From positions 188,535 to 252,534 of the forward strand of contig NMRA01000528.1 of NCBI GenBank assembly GCA_002633005.1: a stretch of 64,000 nucleotides of DNA, in the 5' to 3' direction. The translations under genes were made by a program, and so were the position numbers. Below the pieces are notes generated by a model that was not told the DNA's origin, searched no databases, and saw only the letters and a list, made by a program, of their open reading frames with translations. Positions 42,716 to 54,789 of the stretch are shown here, piece after piece. This stretch comes from Phoronis australis (lineage: Eukaryota > Animalia > Phoronida). Positions within the stretch are counted from its first letter, which is position 1. Every line of letters starts with the position of its first letter.

Positions 42716-44524
42716 TATTTATTTATTATTGTGATATTTAAAATGAGGGTGGCCTCTTCAGTGATAGCACTGCTTTCCAAGAGGGCCCTCAACAAGAAAA
42801 ACAGTAATATAATACAATGAAGTAATAAAACAACAATGAGATATACGTAACAAAGATACAATTAAAACAGGTTGATAATTAAGACAATAAGTAAATGACA
42901 CGTAATGGTAAAAAATTAACTAAGACAGATGAAATAAATTAAGAGATGATTCTAGACAGTGAGAGTAATTACGACTATGAAAAAATGACATGATTAAGAC
43001 AGGCAGGGTATAAAAGGTCAAGTAAATTACAGAACTTTTTAACAATTACTTTAAAGGTAGTAATTGAATTGGACCGTTTAATTTCTGGGCTAAAAGAATT
43101 CCATATTATAGCAGCTGCATAGATAAAAGATCTCTTGCCCGTCTCGGTTTCAATTTTTTTAGAATAAACATTGCCAGGAACAGAAGAACGTGTAGAATAT
43201 ACAGCCTGGCTGCTATTGAATTTACTGCTGAGATATGCTGGAGCCAAGCCATTGATACATCTGTACATACAACAGGCAGAAAGATATTTATTTCTTTGTC
43301 TTATTTTCATAAATCCCAGCTTGGAATACAAGTCGTCAACCCTAGTGTCCCTAATTTTAGTACCCAGGATAGCCCTGGCGGCTCTATTTTGGATTACTTG
43401 GACTTTGTTTACAAGTGTGTCACTAGTGTGCCCCCAAACCGGTAAACAATGATCAATATGAGGCTGAATAATAGAATGGTAAAGGGTCTTAAGAGTACGG
43501 ANNNNNNNNNNNNNNNNNNNNNNNNNNNNNNNNNNNNNNNNNNNNNNNNNNNNNNNNNNNNNNNNNNNNNNNNNNNNNNNNNNNNNNNNNNNNNNNNNNN
43601 NNNNNNNNNNNNNNNNNNNNNNNNNNNNNNNNNNNNNNNNNNNNNNNNNNNNNNNNNNNNNNNNNNNNNNNNNNNNNNNNNNNNNNNNNNNNNNNNNNNN
43701 NNNNNNNNNNNNNNNNNNNNNNNNNNNNNNNNNNNNNNNNNNNNNNNNNNNNNNNNNNNNNNNNNNNNNNNNNNNNNNNNNNNNNNNNNNNNNNNNNNNN
43801 NNNNNNNNNNNNNNNNNNNNNNNNNNNNNNNNNNNNNNNNNNNNNNNNNNNNNNNNNNNNNNNNNNNNNNNNNNNNNNNNNNNNNNNNNNNNNNNNNNNN
43901 NNNNNNNNNNNNNNNNNNNNNNNNNNNNNNNNNNNNNNNNNNNNNNNNNNNNNNNNNNNNNNNNNNNNNNNNNNNNNNNNNNAACTGCCATCTTCCATTC
44001 TCTAGGAATTGTGGCCGTTTTTAAACTTAAATTCATGATATTGGTAAGGGGCTCAGCTATTTGTTGAGACGCCAGTTTTAATAGTTTGGCATCAATGCTA
44101 TCGATGCCACTGGCACTACTAGAGTTCAGAGTTTTTATTTGTTCTCGGACGTAGTCAACTTGAATGTCTTGAAACTTAAATGATATTCCCTCTTGTATCT
44201 TGGGCGGGAGCTCAATAATTGACATACTGAAATTCTCAGCAAGTTTTTGGCCAATGCCAGTAAAAAAGTCATTAAATGCATTTGCTATTTTACTTTTGTC
44301 CGAAACAAAATCGTTTCCAATTAGAAATTCATTTGCGACAAACTTGGACTTGTTAGGTAAAATTGATTTTATGATTTTCCAGAGAGTTTTCCCGTTAGAT
44401 TTGTTTTCATTAATAATTTGGTCGTAATACTAAGTCTTAGCGCGTCTAAGAGCATTGTTTACCTTATATCTAGCTTTCTTAAAGATACCCCAGTCTGATG
44501 AATTTCGAGTACGCTGAGCTATTC
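42716..44524 (-). mobile_element. 5'-truncated CR1/L2-clade LINE (reverse-transcriptase ORF2 remnant)
   Basis: Translation includes SASGIDSIDAKLLKLASQQIAEPLTNIMNLSLKTATIPREWKMAV...LYHSIIQPHIDHCLPVWG...VIQNRAAR, a typical RT-flanking region. An in-frame stop lies near 44430. The 3' UTR ends in a stem-loop and (TAAA)n tail. GACT target duplication at 42712-42715 and 44525-44528. The RT core falls in the N gap. Confidence 0.9.
43502..43982. other. Assembly gap
   Basis: Run of N inside the LINE. Confidence 1.
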
Positions 44525-45954
44525 GACTGACAACAATGTCTAGAGAAAAGTAAACAGAGTCGGAACCTGAAGCTGTATCTGCAACACCTGCAACTTTCCA
44601 GTTTGTTGAAAGGTATTCTAGAAATTATTTTTTCAGTTAATTTTTGTTGTCTACTTATATCTTCATCTACTGGTACTTGTGGCTACGACAATACATGACA
44701 TGGAAATTTGCGTTAGTTGAAAACTCCAAGTCAATTTTTGTGAGGGTTACTAATTTAAATCAAATCATCCCAGCTTGCCATTTTTGAAATATTTCTGAAT
44801 TTGCACTCATTAAGACTTAACTGGCTTGGATTATGGACAGAATGGTTGTATTTTCATCAAGATTTTGCTTTCCTAATCTTGTTCCAAGTCGAACTTGATT
44901 TTATTGTACATTTTTAGCACTTGAATTATTGTTGAAATAGTTTGACTTGTTTTATTGAACTGACACCGAACTTACTCGAAAATCATTGTCCTTAAAATAC
45001 GTTTAAAAGTAACCAAATTTTTTTGATGTTATCTTTACACATATGACTGTGTTACTGCTGTTAAGAAGCCTGGGAGCTCAAAACTGGCCTCATCAACACC
45101 AACTGGTTTACATCCATCGACATTACTCAGGTGTGAAACTGTTATTCAAAATGAATATTTGTACTTTACGTTACTGACTTATTTACTTACAGTTCTTGAG
45201 GAACATGATATGTCAAGACCTAAAATTTAAAAGCCGTCGGCTTATTTGGCCATGTCTTTTACAATTATGAGCTTCTAAACTGCACCGATTGAAATATCCC
45301 TGTTAAACGGGAACAAGGCTATCAACCATGCAACCTTCGATTCATATGTACAACACTTGAATAGTAGATACAAACCACATCAAATGTATGAACAAAAATT
45401 CATGCATTTAAACCAAAAACCACGGGTGTGAACTAATATCACATAGTTGTGTAAACATTTTCTAGTGATGGTGGTCATCATTCGTTTTCCCAAGGAGCAC
45501 AGCACGAAGCAAAATGGCAACATGAAATGTATCTATACAAGAACTATGTTCTTACATGCTATTTGCATGTCTGATTTTTGTTCATACGCTTGATTTGTTA
45601 GTTCTTGTGCATGACTTTTTGTTTGTACACATCATGTCGTGGTTCGTCTGTATGAATAACGTGTTCTTCCTTATGATGCAGTGTTTTGCGCGTGACTTGA
45701 AGTTCCTGTGTAAGACTTGAAGCTTGTGGGTATCACTCAAATTTGTACCTATCACTGCCTGGTACCCTTGTCTAGTTGCTGACAAATGTTGAACTCAAGG
45801 TATTTTTCTTTGTTACTTAAAGGTGATTATGCCAATGGTGTATTTTCAGTGGGATTGAGCTTTCTGGGATCAATGCAAGTGATTCTGCCTGTGACGACGA
45901 AGCTTTGAGGTATGTATCCAGGCCATTCGTTACAAGGGTGATGTGAAAGTACTG

Positions 45955-46184
45955 GGGCCTGCTCCAAGAAACTGACAAGTTCATTTTTGACTTAATTTTA
46001 ATATATGTCTTAACTTCCAAATCTTGAAACTCCCAATTTTGGTAAGTTAAGACAAAACTTATGTCAAACACTTAATTAAAACTTAATATCTCTTTCGCAA
46101 ATTGGTTTTGAGACAAATTTTACTTTATTTTAAATTAAAATTTGAAATTTATCTTAGCTAAGTCAGTTCTGTTGGAACAGGCCA
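45955..46184. mobile_element. PIF/Harbinger-type MITE
   Basis: TIRs GGCCTGCTCCAAGAAACTGAC and GTCAGTTCTGTTGGAACAGGCC. 3-bp CTG flanks at 45952-45954 and 46185-46187. Confidence 0.7.
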
Positions 46185-47400
46185 CTGATCTTTAAAATTT
46201 GAGAGAACAACTCAGTGCTCATAAATTATCTTGACAAAAAATTGTTTAGTGTTGTAAGTGATAATTGAATTGTGAAATATTTTGTGCTTATAAAATGCAT
46301 GGTATATCCCACAAAAATGAATTTTTCTACATGTACATGTCTGGTATGGTCAGGAATAGTGTGCATGACTGAAGTTTGCATATTCTGTATTCATGCATTG
46401 TATACATTTGTGATTTGCAGACATGTACCTAAAAGTGAATGCATCAATGAGCAGCAGTTTTGGTGACCCTTTTGAGTAAATACCACCTTTTAGGTGTGGT
46501 CTTATAGGTCATCTTGCGACTAATCTTGTCATATGACTGTGTGTTTTTAACGTGACAAGTTGGTATTCCTAACTTACTCGAACATAGTGCGGGCAGAGCT
46601 GAATTCACTAATTGCTTTTGCAGCTACATTTCTTTGCACAGAATTGACATTTTTTTTCTTTTTTGAAGTTGATTGCTGTATATTTTAAAAGTTTATATTC
46701 GAAGGCAACGTTGAAATTGTTGGGATTTTGAGGAGTTTTTATCAGTAGCATACACCGTCCATAAAATTTGTGGTGGTATTTTATTTGACATCAAGTCATA
46801 AATGTGTTTTCCGAGTTCTAAGTATAAAGACCATGTCGTACATGGTTGGGTTTCTATATAGTATATCTTAATCGTGGTTAGGCGATATGTGCTGAAATCC
46901 AATTAATGCTAACGGACCAATGCTAAACAATTTAAGCAAGAGAATCACTTGAACATTGGTTTATTACAGGCTAACGATTGATGTTTCTGAGGAAATAGCA
47001 TGCGATGACATGGACGATGACTGTAAGTGCAACATAACCAATGGGTATACATTTAAATTATGAGTTATCCAATTTTTTATAAAAATACATCATTATTGTT
47101 CAGTGCTGACAATTTAATGTATATAGTGGAAATATATCTTCTACTGACTATTGGTCTTAAAGTGTACGCAACATGACTCTAGTACCTCAAAATAAATTTT
47201 ATTATTATATCTTACTTGATTTCAGTGCCTTTAGTGCACAGCTCTTAAAGAAACGCGTAAAAATTGAAAAAAAAATAATAATTATGTACAACGTCATGGG
47301 TTGAACCCAAGTCGTTCGGCACACTGTTCGGATCAGCAACTAAGTGTATAGAGTGAAGTGAAAGTAAAGTATATTTAGCGTCGAGAAGGTTCGTAGAGGG

Positions 47401-47620
47401 ATGAAAAGAGGAGGCTGCAGCAACAGCAGTCAGACGAAGAACGTCTCGGTGTTCCTAAGGACGCCAAAGTTGCGCAGTAGTGGCATCGCTTCGTGCGCCG
47501 AACGAGAGCGTGGACCAAGCGATTCTGTCCGGGGCCACTCTGTGTTCTGCCCACTTTGAGGAGTCGTGTTTCGACTCCAATCAGAGGAGATGTTACGATG
47601 AAGGCCTGGTTCAATAAAGG
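47401..47620 (+). pseudogene. THAP zinc-finger remnant
   Basis: GGCSNSSQTKNVS / (F)PKDAKVAQ*WHRFVRRTR / ATLCSAHFEESCF: the C, P, W, C-x-x-H-F THAP signature, with two frameshifts and a stop. Confidence 0.8.
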
Positions 47621-47629
47621 ACAATATTT

Positions 47630-47852
47630 ACTATTCAGAAACATCGGCTCTTTATTCAGGATCGTCTGTTGGATGACTGGGTTGACTGGCCGAGCCCGAG
47701 GCCGCTTCTCTCGCGGGAGGATCCAGTTCGTAAGGCATCAAAGTAGAAAAGTACGCAGCTGAAAACATATCAAACTCGTTCTCGCTTTCGTGCAACCCCA
47801 TTTCGTCATCCTGGCCACCATTCTCGTACGTTTCTTCATAGTATTTGTTCAT
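47630..47852 (-). pseudogene. KolX-like (P2X7 C-terminal-like) protein first exon remnant
   Basis: Acidic N-terminus with MPYELDP, then DPE*RADVSE followed by a GTAAAT donor-like site. This resembles the PYxFEP...RxxxxxWC lead-in of KolX-type proteins. Confidence 0.45.
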
Positions 47853-49359
47853 TTCTTGCTCATAATCGTTGTCGCTTTCAAATTCCCTACTCTCCGCCGT
47901 TGTTCAATGCTAGTCGCTGATATCTTGTGTTCAACCCATGATGTCACATGGCGGGAAATGTGAAAATTGGCAAAATTGAAAGAGAAATCAAAATTTCGAG
48001 CTAATGACACAAAATAATCATGGATTTGGCTAAATTTTACGTCATACATTTAGTCTGTGGCCACCGGTAATTCGAAATGTGCAAAAATTCATCGTGTGTA
48101 CTGTTTAATAGCTCGGTGCATGGACAGCAATAAATCTCGGGTTTGAGGCCCTGACAGGACAGAAATCCTTTCACAGTAGTAACCATTATGTCCCGCAAAC
48201 TGACTAAAGAAGGCATCGTAAGGCGTCATCAATCCTCATATGCATAAAACATTTGAATTCTGAATGAACTGTATTTAACTGTTCTCCCGTGCGCATAATA
48301 CGAGCCCTGTTACTTGGTAGTTCAACTGCGTTACATGGGCAATGCGTTATGTCTTTGAAATTCTACAGGGTAAGATCGTTAGGCTTTCTCTTGTTGCAGT
48401 CCACAAAGTATCCTTGATGATTTGTATTTTAGCAATGTTGAATTTGGAGATGAAGAGTCTGGTGGAGAGGAAGTTGCAGGAGATAGCACGACGAAGACTA
48501 TGACAACACGTTGTCCACAGGTTTCCGTGGTGTCCACCGGATTCATGATGCAGCTGGTGCTCTTTTGATGATAGCAAATTCATTGTTTTTATGACACCCT
48601 CCTTTCCCTTTCAAATCTCATCAGCGTGTCTTGCAAAGAATGTCAGTGACGTTTGGATTTCTTCTTCTGTAAAAGCCTCAACACTCTCTTTCTACCACTT
48701 TCGCCGAAAGGTGTAGCACTTGCTGATTTGGTCATTGCATTTATTCTTCTCTGAAAATAGGAGATTTTTCACCAATTACGGAAAGGAGATATTTATCCCA
48801 TCATGTATTCTAATAATTCTCTTAGCTACAAGCTCAGCTCACTACTAGAACAAACTGGAATGTTATTCAATAGTTGATGTCACATCTCATTTTGCATCAT
48901 TAGGCAAATGATAACCACATGAAATTCTGCCTAAAATGTAATGTAATGGCTCCTAATTTTTTAAGATGTAACATGACTTAGATTGTTAAGTATTGGATAT
49001 TCTATATATTTACAAGTCATAAGTGCTTCTCTGAGAGTTTTTGAGTTGTTTTTTTTTTCACATGTTTAGTGTTCATGAAGTACCTGTACGTCAGCTTGAC
49101 GAGATGCATAAGCTTGCAGACCACGTTGAGCTGGGGTCACTGAGGCTGGACCTGTAGTGGCTGTAGCGACTGACCTCCCTTTCCTTCCTCTACCTCGTCT
49201 TACACTCGCACCTCGTTCTCCTGGCTCTCTCACATACTCTATGGAAAAAACAGGCCTTTCAAATTTCAAATAAAGTCTCGAAGGTCTCAAAAGCCATGCC
49301 TAACATTGGGTGTAATTTCCAAACCAAAGCAAATGCTTCAAGAAAGGATTAGTAATGTG

Positions 49360-50218
49360 TGTCAGAATAAATATTGATTAAGTAATTAGTAAGAATAGAT
49401 CCATTTTAAGCAGCCCAAATGCGCATATGTACTTTTAAATCATGGGGTCAGACTTGTTGACATGTACTTTAACGTCAAAATCTATTTTTAAATGGTGTTT
49501 ACAACTTTGATTCTGGGATCAAAGTACTCTAGAGATTCTAGAAAATTCTGAGAACAAACTGTAACAGCCAATGCTATGATAGGACATGATCATGTGGTTT
49601 TTATTAACCAATCACTAAATAAGTAGAATATTATAATATGAGCTAAAGTCAAAAAGAAATTCAGATGCGCTATAGTAGTGGAAGACTTGTTACACTGTAC
49701 AGAGGAAATTGTACGACAGAGCCATCTCGTGGAAGATTCTAGAAAGGATCTTATCAAGGGCAAGGGTTGACGAAGAGGAAGTTAACTAAGAGCTTGTCAC
49801 TTGCATCGTGGGTAGTAAGATACTACCTGAAGTGTTGCGTCACCAGCCTGAGACTGTGACCAGCAAGAAGAATCGCGGGTAGAAGAAATTGCCTGTAAGT
49901 GTTGCATCACCAGAGACAGTCACCAGCAAGTACACTGTCGCAACAGAACAGTCATCCAACAAGTGCGGAGTCCTAGCTTGGATAGCAGATAAGACATTTG
50001 ATTATTTTGGTTTATTGATTGAAGTAATCGTTAAAGAGAGCGCTAGCATAGTTACTCTTCTTTGTAGTTGATTGCTTAATTAACAACAGGTTTCATTTGT
50101 CTAATTAGGGGTTATCATATAATAAATTAATTACTGGGTTTGATTATTCACTTTCCATGTACGCACAATCTGAAAGCATAGCTACCTATTAAACAAACCC
50201 ACCGTCAATCGTCTGACA
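49360..50218 (+). mobile_element. Solo LTR (Ty3/Gypsy- or BEL-type)
   Basis: Termini TGTCAGA...TCTGACA (7-bp inverted, TG..CA). Perfect 5-bp TSD ATGTG at 49355-49359 and 50219-50223. Internal AATAAA at 50121. 859 bp, no coding sequence. Confidence 0.85.
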
Positions 50219-53200
50219 ATGTGTGAAATAATTCTGTTTGTGACAGCATTCCATGAGTGAGTTCTCAGCCCCAGTCTGTTGGTCTAAGCTCTTGTCAAGT
50301 TTTACCCCATGGATAGATGGGTGCAGGTTGTCACCGATCGATTCTAATAGTTTTTTGATGCAATGGTAGACTGAAACTGGTTTGAGCTAATCACTTTATT
50401 AACCTTGGATGTATGCTCATATTAAGTCCATTCAAACAAAATGTAGGCCTACAACGTAATGTCTGTTCTACGCTCAGCCAGTGCTAGAGAGCCTTGACTT
50501 GTGAATCAATTTCAGCACCTCCTACAATTGCTGATTCAATAACATGCAACATTTGACAGCCCTTTGTTCCCTAGCCACAGCGGAAGTGTTAGAAAAGTTC
50601 TATGCGATTGAAACTGTACAACGGCTGATGCAGCCAATGAATTATGTTGTGAACTATAACAGTACCTCGATGTTCTGTTATTTTCTCATCTGGAATGATA
50701 ATTAGTTGAACCGTGGACAGTAGAAAAAATATTTTCAATCAATGTTGCTGCAATTGTTGATGTTTTTACTCTGGCCAATTTGTTGGAAGTGCAATTTATC
50801 TTTCCATTTGTCCAAAGGTGTGTAGATTGATTCAGTCTTTTTCTTTCTTTACACAGTTATGCTGCTCAAATGGCATGACCTCATATTTCATGCATTATGT
50901 AACTTTGTATCTCTCCATGAGTCCATACAGCATTGATGTTTCATTGTTGTCAGACGTAAAACTGGAGGTCAGCTCAATAAAACAAAAGTTGATGGCAAAC
51001 CAAAGATCTGTGCAAATCCCTAAATTGCTAAGTGCTTGTAGTTATAGTCATTGAAAATGTGTAACATACTTTGGAGAAAAGCATACTTATTCAAATCATG
51101 ATGATGCTCAATAAAATGAAACTTTTTGAATGTTGTTGGGACTGAATGTTCATCATGATTCATATTGCAAACTATAACTGGGTGAACAATTGGGTCAATT
51201 ACGTATTTACCACGAGTGGTTGCAACAGATGTGTATTTGACTTATCATCATCACATCTTTCCATGTAATGACAATGTAAAGTATCAGATGACTGGAGTCA
51301 ACAGATTTTGAGATATTAACAGATAAACTGTGTTTAATGTTCAAAAAGATATCAAAATTTAGCATTAGAAAGGTAAACTTCTCATTTTTAAAGTTTTATT
51401 TAAAAAATCACTGTGAAGAAGCCCCTTGTAATTGGTTAGAATTACTGTAAATAACATTGTGATTACTATGGCACAGATTTAATGTAATTAAAAAGTTGGT
51501 GAAGTGATTGCAGTTAGTCAATGTAAACAAGGTCATTTGAACCCTAAAATGCACTGACTATATGTACTTTGGGCCCATTTTCTTCCCACCACTAACAGCT
51601 GGGGATTTAGCTTAATTGAACTTGCACTACTCGGCCACTTACTAAACGGTGAATACGCAGTCATCATGTAGTAACAATCACCCCAAGATACATTGTACAT
51701 GTAGTTATAAATCTTACGTACAGTCACGATGCGTTGAAGTGCTTTTAGCAAAATGTTAGTGTTCATCTTGACCATAGATTATACACAACATAGTCCAGGA
51801 TGTTGACCCTACGCCGATCGGTGAGCCAGACTGTTTTCACTCACTAAACAATAAGTCATGAATCGACCGTTTTCCGTTAGAAATGCACATAGATGAAATC
51901 CTAGGGAAAACGTATATTAGGTCATACTTGGGAGTGCACAAAAACAAGTAAATCGATAACTTAATTCTGAAATGGAACTTCTTTGAGTCAATCGGGGTGT
52001 CGATGTGCTTTCGAAACCAGCCATCACTGTTTTGCTTTCTGTGACCTTTCACCTCTCTGAAGTCATCAGACCATTTCCAAATAAGGCACCGCAATGCATT
52101 TTGGGACTGTAGTGTCGGACTTTACGAGCACGAAGACGTGTCTTATTGGCCAACTTTCAAACGTAAAGAAAAATACTCCAAACTCATTTAAAACTTACTA
52201 TATCTACGAAACCTCTAAAAAACTTGTATGCCACGACATGATACAGGTTTCATGCAAGATAAGTAACATTTACTTTCTTATTTTACACTATTTTTCACGT
52301 TCTAAGCCACTTGAACACGCAAACATTAATCAGTCTATCAATAGTTTTATGATTGACATTATCGCTTTTGGAGGTGCCATTCAGCAGTGCATTTGACTGC
52401 CGTCGACCCCACCATACAATCATACGGAGTATTCAATTTTTTCGTAGGTTGTTTGTTGCTGTGAAATTATAATTATACCCACTCCTTTGTATAATCAGCA
52501 AGATAAAACCTCACCCTTTTGCGAGTTGTAAAATTGACTCATTTTGGTGAGAGCCTCAATGAAAGAGTCAACTTTTCTGATAACATAATTACGCTAAGTT
52601 ATTATTTACAGGGAATTGAATTTCAGCAAAAAGCTCTCTTGGTTGTATTCTTTTTAACACAACAAACCTCAGTTGTATATGGAACATTCAGTAGTTTTGG
52701 TGAAAAAATGGATCATTTTATACAGTTCCAACCAAAAAGTAAATATTTTTGTGTGAAATTTATTTGGAAATTCCCCCTTTCATGGTGACTTTTGCAATGC
52801 GTGAGTCTCTGGTCAGAGTGGCACATTTGGTCATATGCAATCTATACAAGCACCTCTCTCTCTTAGACACTGACTTGCCGACTGTTTCGCTTTTCTGCTT
52901 TCCACGTTCACATGATATCAAGTGTTACAGTTTGCAACAATCATCTATTAATTTCAGTCTAATTGTAAAACAATGTCTCAGAGCCCTTCTAAAACATTCC
53001 GAAACTACTAAGATTCGCTGTAAGCAAAGTATCCTGGAGTTAGACATTGTATGCAATCGCATTCAAAAACCATGTTCGTTGAAATGACTAGTTGCAAAAA
53101 CATCTCACATTTCACAGTTGGGAGCTCAGGGTACTTCAAAGATTTTAATTTGGTTAACAGCACAGCGCCACCTGAAGTTTTTTTCACAATTACGGACGGG

Positions 53201-53717
53201 GACATGCGCGATGTTTTGGCCAAAAATAACTTAAAAACGAATGTGGCTTATGAATGTAAGTATCTGCTATGAATTAAGGAGTATATGTATCAATAGATGT
53301 TCTGACCTTGTCTAAAAGTCAGTTTACCTGTTCTACGAGGGCTTTAACCCAAATTGACGGTTTCTTGTGTATTAGATGGGTTGGACTGTTATCCAGGCAC
53401 TAGTCACTCACTGGCAACCCGAATTTTGAGAACAAGTTTTAAGTTCTGCTATTCAGTGAAAAACAGGTTCTTGTTATGCAGATGAAAACACAGGTTCTCG
53501 AAGTGGGGATCCTTGTATGTGAATATTACCGTTGAGTTTTGTTCAGCGTTTTGAGCAACATGCTAGTGTGTCATTCTTGTGGTTAAGATCTACATAATAC
53601 AGCAGTGATTTTAGCCAACACTTCGGTCTTTTCGAACAGTTTTTCAAAATTACAACTTTGACTCTTATTGAGGGGGCCTCCGACTGCAAACATTTGTGCA
53701 AACTGAACCACGATTGT

Positions 53718-53808
53718 AGATGCGCATAGCACCGAATGGGGGGAGGTCGGGAGGGGGGTTTGCCCCCTCCCGCCCAGGAAATTTTTCTGTTTTTATCTCT
53801 AAAAATCA
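53718..53808. mobile_element. Fragment related to the interior of the 3599-3832 MITE, abutting an N gap
   Basis: tgcgcatagcaccgaatggggggaggtcgggagggggg...ccctcccg resembles the reverse complement of about 3720-3777. Confidence 0.5.
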
Positions 53809-53946
53809 NNNNNNNNNNNNNNNNNNNNNNNNNNNNNNNNNNNNNNNNNNNNNNNNNNNNNNNNNNNNNNNNNNNNNNNNNNNNNNNNNNNNNNNNNNNN
53901 NNNNNNNNNNNNNNNNNNNNNNNNNNNNNNNNNNNNNNNNNNNNNN
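53809..53946. other. Assembly gap
   Basis: Run of N. Confidence 1.
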
Positions 53947-54789
53947 TTTGTTGAATAATTCTGACTACACCAGTTATGTTGGGGGAATACATGTAGGTTA
54001 CTAAAACCCGACTGCCACTCAAGTTGCACATTCACTGCCTTGTGAAAGCATAGACCATTATGAAAGTATCTCCTGGGCCCTGGGTTTCAACTTTTTACTC
54101 GAAATTATTTTTATTGTTTTCTGATTCTACTTTTGTTTGAACTCGAGATAAGATTATTTTATTCTATGTGCTTATTGATGGCTATTAATGATCCCAGCAT
54201 TAGAGCTAAGAGTTCGAGTCTGAGTTCTAGGTTTTGCTAGTAATCTTAAGTTTTTACTCAAACTTTAGGTCGAATCTAGTGGTCATTAAGTACTATCTTG
54301 AACTCGCAAGGAAGTGGACTAGAAGTGACAAAAACAATTTCGAGTTCAATTTGGATTGAAAGTATCAATCTTGAGGTGTATTCCCAAAACATGATCACAT
54401 AATCCCATTCAGGGCTAGAATCTGTTTAGCCCAAAAAGCATTTAAATACAATGTGGAGAATAAGAAAACACCTGTACTAAACTGTGTTGAAAAAATAAAC
54501 CCATTTTAAGTTCCTTGTACACAAAATGTACCATTTTTTAAGCTGCTATTAACCTAACCTCTTTTTAGGACCGTCATGTAACTATATAAGATTGGCCTCA
54601 TACAGTGTACCAACAATGTTGTTGGCCTGCGTCTAAAGCCGGTAACGCAATGGTTTATTCGTTGCTGGCTTCTCAAAACATTTCCACTCAGGAACACTAC
54701 CAATGCGTTATAAATTGTATCTAAGGAGACAGACTTTGTTTCAGTTTTACAGAAGCATTGGTTAGGCTGAGAATAATTCATTTTCAAAC

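Larger units (their letters stand above)
41270..47022 (+). pseudogene. Decayed spliced transposon-type gene (probable Kolobok-family transposase N-terminal region)
   Basis: Phase-compatible exons: 41270-41475 (MSDSGKPVKKRGRSSKLTDSVRKKRRQDLQLKVNKRRIYLGTGHGRWEPLRELHV*VANSEIPKR*LDA|GTAAGT), 42689-42715 plus 44529-44612 (split by the LINE), 45850-45909 and 46970-47022 (acidic). Three in-frame stops. The family assignment is from recalled similarity only. Confidence 0.6.
47161..48104. mobile_element. Kolobok-like non-autonomous/deleted DNA transposon flanked by TTAA
   Basis: TTAA at 47157-47160 and 48105-48108. Imperfect TIRs AGTGTACGCAACATGA and TCATCGTGTGTACTGT. Contains a THAP remnant (+) and an acidic KolX-like first exon (-). 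Confidence 0.6.

Noticed and set aside
53543-54035. ORFs spanning the second N gap (and 43449-44024 over the first)
   Set aside because: Artefacts of translating N runs.
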